Shown here: piece after piece, positions 58,418 through 64,000 of the stretch
Numbering within the stretch: the first letter of the stretch is position 1
Layout: each line of letters begins with the position of its first letter
Origin: Bdellovibrionales bacterium
GTDB lineage: Bacteria; Bdellovibrionota; Bdellovibrionia; Bdellovibrionales; JAMPXM01
DNA: 64,000 bases
Assembly: GCA_005808505.1 (NCBI GenBank)
Contig: SYLX01000231.1
Coordinates: forward strand, 260 to 64,259
Direction: 5' to 3'
Notes under the pieces: model-generated
What the model saw: the letters and a program-made list of their open reading frames with translations, nothing else
Told to the model about the DNA's origin: nothing
Database searches by the model: none
Program-made: the position numbers and the translations under genes

Positions 58418-59179
58418 TTAACGCGAAGCGGATTCGGCTTTCGTCTTTGCTTCAGAGAGTCGCAGCGAAAGCGGTCGCATCAACCACCGTCGAATAAATG
58501 GGACTTCCTTGCGATAATCGAAGTCATGACCTTTTGAAAATTCGCGGTAAAGAACCGGAACTTCGCCCGCCAAGAGTTGGGAGACGTCTTGACGGATTTC
58601 ACGCGGAAAAATCACTCGATCCCGCGTTCCGTGGGTGAGGAGCCAGGGTGTTCGCAGCGCACCGGAGTTCAGGGCTTTCTGACGCCAGCCCTTAAAAAAC
58701 CAGACGTAGCCGCTGACACCAACCAAACCGCCAAAAGAATGCGGATGATTCAACACGAGATCACAAGCAACAAGGCACCCTTGCGAGTGTCCCAACCAGA
58801 AGAGATCTTCCGACTTCCAACCAGCTTTATTGAGCTCGCGCACCAAACGAAATAAGCGTGCGCGAGTTTCCCGGATGCTGCGCCCATGCCTAGGCTCCGA
58901 AGGGTACCAACTAAAACCGTCGAGGTATTTCTTCGGAGCTTGAAGCAGCAGGTAGTTCATGCCGGGCGCATTGAGCTCTTCACGCAGGCTTTCGAAAGAA
59001 CGCAGGCTGTCGCCTTTGCCGTGAAGCACGATCATGAGTTTCTGCCGCGCACGAGGGATTGTCCCCGTCGCCGGTACCCACGCCGCTTCGAAGAGTTTCG
59101 TTTGAAACTCTCGAAGCCCCGCCTTCGCATCGCTCATCCGTTTCGAGTTCGCACTCAAGGAAAAAGCCATACCCGCCAT
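58418..59179 (-). CDS. Alpha/beta hydrolase (phospholipase/carboxylesterase family)
   Basis: LHGKGD, GHSQG nucleophile, HGTRD, GH. Confidence 0.9.
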   Translation of the reverse strand: MAGMAFSLSANSKRMSDAKAGLREFQTKLFEAAWVPATGTIPRARQKLMIVLHGKGDSLRSFESLREELNAPGMNYLLLQAPKKYLDGFSWYPSEPRHGRSIRETRARLFRLVRELNKAGWKSEDLFWLGHSQGCLVACDLVLNHPHSFGGLVGVSGYVWFFKGWRQKALNSGALRTPWLLTHGTRDRVIFPREIRQDVSQLLAGEVPVLYREFSKGHDFDYRKEVPFIRRWLMRPLSLRLSEAKTKAESASR

Positions 59180-59394
59180 CTTGTCCTAAATTGGAATGGC
59201 GTGATCCTACCATAACGAAGGCGGAAACACCCGATTCGGATTCCTGGATCTTGATCTTTGAAAAGAATCCTCCCAAAATCTTCTTCACTGAACAAAACTT
59301 TGGCAGCCCGGCGACCTAACCCGTGCGCAACGGGCCTGTAAATGCTCGCAGCTTCAGGTGCTTCACTTAATTGACTTCGATAGAGGAGACTTCC

Positions 59395-60060
59395 ATGCGT
59401 TCGACGATGACAAAGCCGATGTTTGGCAAATCGATGACCCTAACCTTTTTGGCCGTGGCCGTCGCCACGGGCTGCACGTCCCCCGGTAAAAAAACCGCGA
59501 TCGGCGCTGGCGTCGGTGCCGCGGCCGGTGCCGCCGTGGGCGCCATTATCGGACACCAAACAGGTGCTCGTGGACAAGGAGCTCTCATCGGGGGCGCTGT
59601 CGGTGGACTCCTTGGGGGGACGATCGGCAATCGCCTCGACAAACAGGCAAAAGAGCTTGCCGCCATCGCGGAAACGAAGCGGACCGAGCAAGGGATCATC
59701 ACGAAGCTCAAAAGCGATATCCTCTTCGACACGGGTAAATCGGATCTCAAGCCTACTGCGACCACGAATCTCGCGAAGATGTCTGAGATCTTGAAGAAGT
59801 ATCCTGAAAACGTGCTTCGCATTAAAGGCTACACAGACAATACCGGCTCAAAGAAACGCAACCTCGAGCTCTCGCAAGACCGAGCTGATTCCGTTCGCAA
59901 GCAACTCGTCGCCGGCGGAATTCCTGCAAATACAATTTCGGTTGTGGGCCTTGCCGACGCCGATCCGATCGCGCCGAACACATCTCCCGACGGTCGTTCC
60001 CAAAACCGCCGCGTGGAAGTTGAGATCAGCGTCGACGAAAGCAAAGTCCCCCAAAGCTAA
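59395..60060 (+). CDS. OmpA-family lipoprotein with glycine zipper (YiaD-like)
   Basis: ATGC lipobox; Gly zipper; FDTGKS, GYTDNTG, LSQDRA, NRRVE. Confidence 0.94.
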   Translation: MRSTMTKPMFGKSMTLTFLAVAVATGCTSPGKKTAIGAGVGAAAGAAVGAIIGHQTGARGQGALIGGAVGGLLGGTIGNRLDKQAKELAAIAETKRTEQGIITKLKSDILFDTGKSDLKPTATTNLAKMSEILKKYPENVLRIKGYTDNTGSKKRNLELSQDRADSVRKQLVAGGIPANTISVVGLADADPIAPNTSPDGRSQNRRVEVEISVDESKVPQS

Positions 60061-60214
60061 ACGCACGCTACGCGTTCCAAGTTGAGGCTATTGACCTCAA
60101 GCGCCGGCGCTTTGGCCCGGCGCTCTCGTAGAATTTAGCAAAATGTGCATGGCCCTTTGCCTCACTGACCCCGTTTCGCTTATCGCTTGAGGAAACGGAT
60201 CAGAGAGGAGCCAC

Positions 60215-60529
60215 ATGCGAAAACGCAAGCACAGCCGCAAACAAACCAACCGCCGCTCTCGCATCACTCATTATCAGCCAGGAAAGCGTCGCAAAACTTT
60301 CGTACGCTTTGCGATGGCGCTTGTTGGATTGATGGCGATTTCATTGATCTTCCAAGGCTACAACTCACGCGCCACGGCAGGCCAGCCGCGCGCAAGCTCA
60401 TCGGGAACATCGCAAGCGCAGTCGAAATCGGAGCAAAAAGAAAATCCCCTTAAGCTTAAATCTATTCGAGTCGTTCCGAGTCAGGACGCAAAAGCCAGCG
60501 AGAAAGACAAAGCTTCGCTTGTAAAGTAA
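60215..60529 (+). CDS. Small basic bitopic membrane protein
   Basis: GAGGAG RBS; Arg/Lys-rich N-terminus; one TM. Confidence 0.65.
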   Translation: MRKRKHSRKQTNRRSRITHYQPGKRRKTFVRFAMALVGLMAISLIFQGYNSRATAGQPRASSSGTSQAQSKSEQKENPLKLKSIRVVPSQDAKASEKDKASLVK

Positions 60530-60557
60530 GCGACGCTCGCGGGAGACTCGTTACCAC

Positions 60558-61628
60558 GTGACTGCTCCCTACTCCCATCATGCCGTTCGCGAACTTGCCT
60601 GGGCTTTCGAGGGCCCGGGGCTTCTTGCGCATGACGTCTTTCACTCTAACGTCGAATCTGACGCTACGATGCGCCAATGGGTCGAACGCCACCGCGCACG
60701 GATCAACGCGCTAGAGCAAGATCCAACTCCCCTCTTGCGTTACCTATCAGGCGTTGCGATCTACGACCGACTCGGTCGCTACTTCGAAGCACTCCTTCGT
60801 TACTTCCTCGTGGAAGTCGAAGGAGTCTCGAAACTGCTTACAAACCTTCAGGTAAGGGAAAAGAAAGCCACGATCGGTGAACTTGATCTCGTCTTTCTCT
60901 CAGCGAGTCTGGCTTCAGTGCGCGCGCGACATTGGGAAGCGAGCGTAAAGTTTTACCTCTGCACGGCACTCGATGAAGACGAAGCCCGAGAGGAACGCTT
61001 CTTCATGGGCACCCTCGTAGAGGATCGGTTAGATCGAAAACTCCATAAGCTTTTGGAAAAGCAGTTGAAGCTTCCGCTTCTACCGGCAGCTCACGCGCTC
61101 CTTTCGGAGGCGGGCTTGGCATCACCAGAGAGCCGCGCGCTGCTCAAAGGCTTTCTCTATTACGCAAGCGATAAGGATTGGAAAACGTACCCGCATCCTT
61201 CCACGATTTCGGTCAATCATGTTCACGGCTGGTGGACGACTTCCGATAAACTTTGTTTGCCGCGAGAATCATCGCAATCACGCTACATCTTGCTGGAACC
61301 CGCAAGGTGGCTTGCACCTTATTACGGCTGGATCCCGTGCAACAACGTTCTCACCCGAGAATCTCTTTCGGATCTTGTGCGAGAGGTTTTCTCAGGCCCT
61401 ACGACCGAACGCTCGGTCTTTCGCGAGATGATGGTGGCCGAAGTCGAGCCGGAAGCCGAAGCCGATGGGACTCTTCGTGTGCGGGAACTCAGTCGCGGCA
61501 ACATCCTCCACGCCGAGTGGCCGAAACTTGCGCGAACGGCTTCCGAACCCGACGAAGGGTTGACGAGGTTTCTTACCGCGCTCAGAATATCGGAAGACCA
61601 TTCGACTTCCAGAACAGAGCCCAATTAA
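60558..61628 (+). CDS. DUF1853-family protein
   Basis: VRELAW, RLGRYFE.L, TIGELD, HWE..VKFYL, D.LDRKL, GWW. Confidence 0.88.
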   Translation: MTAPYSHHAVRELAWAFEGPGLLAHDVFHSNVESDATMRQWVERHRARINALEQDPTPLLRYLSGVAIYDRLGRYFEALLRYFLVEVEGVSKLLTNLQVREKKATIGELDLVFLSASLASVRARHWEASVKFYLCTALDEDEAREERFFMGTLVEDRLDRKLHKLLEKQLKLPLLPAAHALLSEAGLASPESRALLKGFLYYASDKDWKTYPHPSTISVNHVHGWWTTSDKLCLPRESSQSRYILLEPARWLAPYYGWIPCNNVLTRESLSDLVREVFSGPTTERSVFREMMVAEVEPEAEADGTLRVRELSRGNILHAEWPKLARTASEPDEGLTRFLTALRISEDHSTSRTEPN

Positions 61629-61653
61629 TAGGGCGTAATCAACAGGTACGATC

Positions 61654-62148
61654 ATGAGCGGCATCCGAATTTTCTTCACCGGCGGCACCTTCGATAAAGA
61701 ATACGACGAGATTAACGGGCGACTTTTCTTTAAAGACTCCCACGTGCCCGAGATGTTGCGTCTGGGCCGATGCCATTTGCCGATTGAACTCCGGACTCTC
61801 ATGATGGTCGATAGCCTTGAGATGACCGATGAAGATCGCAATCTCATTTTAGAAAGCTGCCGCAAGGCCAAAGAAGATCGCATCGTGATCACGCACGGAA
61901 CAGATACCATGGACGAAACCGCGCGCGTCTTGGGAGGAGCGGGCCTTCAGAAAACCATCGTTCTCACGGGCGCTATGGTGCCTTACAAATTTGGAAGTTC
62001 GGATGGACTCTTCAATCTCGGAAGCTCGCTTGCCTTCGCGCAAACGCTTCCGCACGGCGTGTACGTCGTCATGAACGGCCGTTACTTCAACTGGGACAAC
62101 GTTCAAAAAGATCGCCGTACCGGCGAATTCCGGGAGAAGACCAAGTGA
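61654..62148 (+). CDS. Short asparaginase/glutaminase-domain protein
   Basis: TGGTFDK, DS, HGTDT, LTGAM.P, SDGLFNLG; C-terminal domain absent. Confidence 0.9.
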   Translation: MSGIRIFFTGGTFDKEYDEINGRLFFKDSHVPEMLRLGRCHLPIELRTLMMVDSLEMTDEDRNLILESCRKAKEDRIVITHGTDTMDETARVLGGAGLQKTIVLTGAMVPYKFGSSDGLFNLGSSLAFAQTLPHGVYVVMNGRYFNWDNVQKDRRTGEFREKTK

Positions 62149-62921
62149 AGAATCGTCGCTGGGTCATCAAAGCTGGTAGCAACATGGTTTGCAGTGGCGG
62201 GCCGCTCCTTCTTCGCTCTTGGATGGCGCAGGTAGCGCAACTCCGCAAACAGCACGCCATCGAAGTGATCTGGGTCACCTCGGGCGCCATTCCCTCGGCG
62301 GTCGATCGTACGAGCTATAAAAAAAGGGAAAAATCGCTTCCTGAGAAACAAGCTTTAAGTGCCATCGGACAGCCGATCGTAATGGATCTCTACAACTTAG
62401 CGCTGAACGCGCAAGGACTTCTCGGTGCGCAAGTGTTGCTCACGGCAGGCGATATGCAAGAGAGCAAACGTCGCCGAAATTTGCAAAACACTCTCGAGCA
62501 ACTTCTAAAGTGGCAAGCGGTGCCGATCCTCAATGAGAACGACGCGGTTGCGACCGCCGAAATCAAGTTCGGCGATAACGATACTTTGTCTTCGATGATC
62601 GCGCGGATGATGAAGGCCGAACGCTTGGTGCTTTTGACCGACGTCGATGGACTCTACGATAGCGATCCGCGGAAAAATAAGACTGCTAAACTCATCGATT
62701 ACCGCCGAAAAGTTTCGTCTGAGGATTTCGCAAAAGCCGGTAAAAGAGGCGGTAGCTCACGCGGAACCGGCGGAATGTATTCAAAACTTCTTGCGGCCGA
62801 AAACGCGCTAAAAGGCGGTATCGTCACTCACCTTGTTCGTGGGGATGTGCCGTCGAACCTTCTCCTCTTGGCTCAAGGCAAGCGTCTCGGCACCCAAATC
62901 GGAGGCCGCCTCGATGCCTGA
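62145..62921 (+). CDS. proB: Glutamate 5-kinase (no PUA domain)
   Basis: VIKAGS, VTSGAI, NENDAV, FGDNDTL, GTGGM.SKL.AA. Confidence 0.95.
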   Translation: MKNRRWVIKAGSNMVCSGGPLLLRSWMAQVAQLRKQHAIEVIWVTSGAIPSAVDRTSYKKREKSLPEKQALSAIGQPIVMDLYNLALNAQGLLGAQVLLTAGDMQESKRRRNLQNTLEQLLKWQAVPILNENDAVATAEIKFGDNDTLSSMIARMMKAERLVLLTDVDGLYDSDPRKNKTAKLIDYRRKVSSEDFAKAGKRGGSSRGTGGMYSKLLAAENALKGGIVTHLVRGDVPSNLLLLAQGKRLGTQIGGRLDA

Positions 62922-64000
62922 AGAGAAAAACGAAATCCCAAAAACGATCGCCGAAAGTTTTTTTCAACTGCGTCTGGCAGCGAGGACTCTCCGCAAACTC
63001 GAAGGCGAGAAGAAAAATCAAGCGCTCGAAGCTCTCGCCGACCGTGTCTTAGCGGAGACTCAAAATCTCCTTAAAGCCAACAAAGAAGATCTCGCGAGGC
63101 TACCGCAGGACACAGCTTCCGCTTTCCGCGACCGGCTGACTCTTGATGAAAAAAGAATCGCCCAGATGGTCGAGAGCTTGCGTCAAGTTGCGAAGCTTCC
63201 AGACCCCGTCAGTGAGGTGGTAGAAGAACGGAGTCTTGCAAATGGTCTTCGCTTAAAGCGCGTCAGGTCACCATTTGGGGTGATCTTTATGATCTTTGAA
63301 TCACGTCCTAACGTTGTGCTAGAGGCGTTCTCCCTTGCCTTTAAGGCGGGCAATGCGATTGCTTTACGCGGCGGCTCGGAATCGAAATCGACTGCCCAGG
63401 CGCTCTACACATTGATGAATGAAGTTATGCGGGAGCGCGACATCAGACCCACACCGTTTTTTGGGATGAACGACTACGACCGCTCGCTGGTTGAAAAGCT
63501 TTTGCGTCAGAAGGCGTGGATTGACGTAGTCGTGCCGCGTGGAGGCGATCGCCTCATCGATTTTGTCGAAAAAACGGCCGTTATGCCGATCATCAAAAAC
63601 GATCGCGGTCTTTGCCACGCCTACGTGGACGACGAAGCCGATCTCGAAATGGCCGTGAAGATCGTGGCGAATGCAAAAACCCAGCGACCGGGCGTCTGTA
63701 ATTCGTTGGAGACGGTGCTTGTGCACGAGAAGGTCGCAAGCCGTTTTCTTCCCGACTTGTTCCGTGCGACGACGACAACTGGACTTCAATTTCGCGTCGA
63801 CTCCGAATCGCGGCAACATTTGCCGGAAGCGGAAACAGTTTCAGCAGCGCAACCCAAAGATTGGGACACCGAACATCTTGACCTGATCTTGAACGTTGCG
63901 GTTGTCAAAAGCTTAGAACACGCCATTGAACACATCGAGAGTCACGGCTCGCGCCACTCAGAAACCATCATCACCACATCTGAGGAAAAAGCGCGTCGTT
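62914..64000 (+). CDS. proA: Gamma-glutamyl phosphate reductase (runs off the window's right edge)
   Basis: Manual translation from ATG at 62914 (MPEEKNEIP...) contains FESRPNV, LRGGSE, VPRGG and NAKTQRPGVCNSLET. Confidence 0.95.
   Translation, partial: MPEEKNEIPKTIAESFFQLRLAARTLRKLEGEKKNQALEALADRVLAETQNLLKANKEDLARLPQDTASAFRDRLTLDEKRIAQMVESLRQVAKLPDPVSEVVEERSLANGLRLKRVRSPFGVIFMIFESRPNVVLEAFSLAFKAGNAIALRGGSESKSTAQALYTLMNEVMRERDIRPTPFFGMNDYDRSLVEKLLRQKAWIDVVVPRGGDRLIDFVEKTAVMPIIKNDRGLCHAYVDDEADLEMAVKIVANAKTQRPGVCNSLETVLVHEKVASRFLPDLFRATTTTGLQFRVDSESRQHLPEAETVSAAQPKDWDTEHLDLILNVAVVKSLEHAIEHIESHGSRHSETIITTSEEKARR

Overview
Gene-dense bacterial chromosomal window, moderately GC-rich. The gene content (many secreted hypothetical proteins, orphan ClpP/ClpS, a SNF2 ATPase, a DUF3516-type helicase) suggests a Bdellovibrionota/deltaproteobacterium-like organism; this is inference. 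I found no rRNA, tRNA, CRISPR array, transposase or prophage. Main finding: a ~15.5 kb candidate lipid or lipo-metabolite biosynthesis and export locus (21246-36723). It encodes a DAG-kinase-like protein, a fatty-acyl-reductase-like SDR, an acyl-ACP-reductase-like fusion, a Lol-like ABC/LolA-like/outer-membrane export set, a BtaA/DUF3419 aminocarboxypropyl transferase, a GNAT, a PigC/RPH-like PEP-utilizing enzyme, a UbiA prenyltransferase and an OleC-like acyl ligase. Other notable items: a phospholipase D-DedA fusion translationally coupled to tamA-tamB, an RND+TolC pair with no adaptor, a PPP phosphatase with a PilZ-like tail, two endonuclease III paralogues, a ClpS2-like adaptor, twin palindromic operators before an ArsR gene, and a 4x25-bp intergenic tandem array. 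All family calls come from motifs read by eye; no database searches were run.
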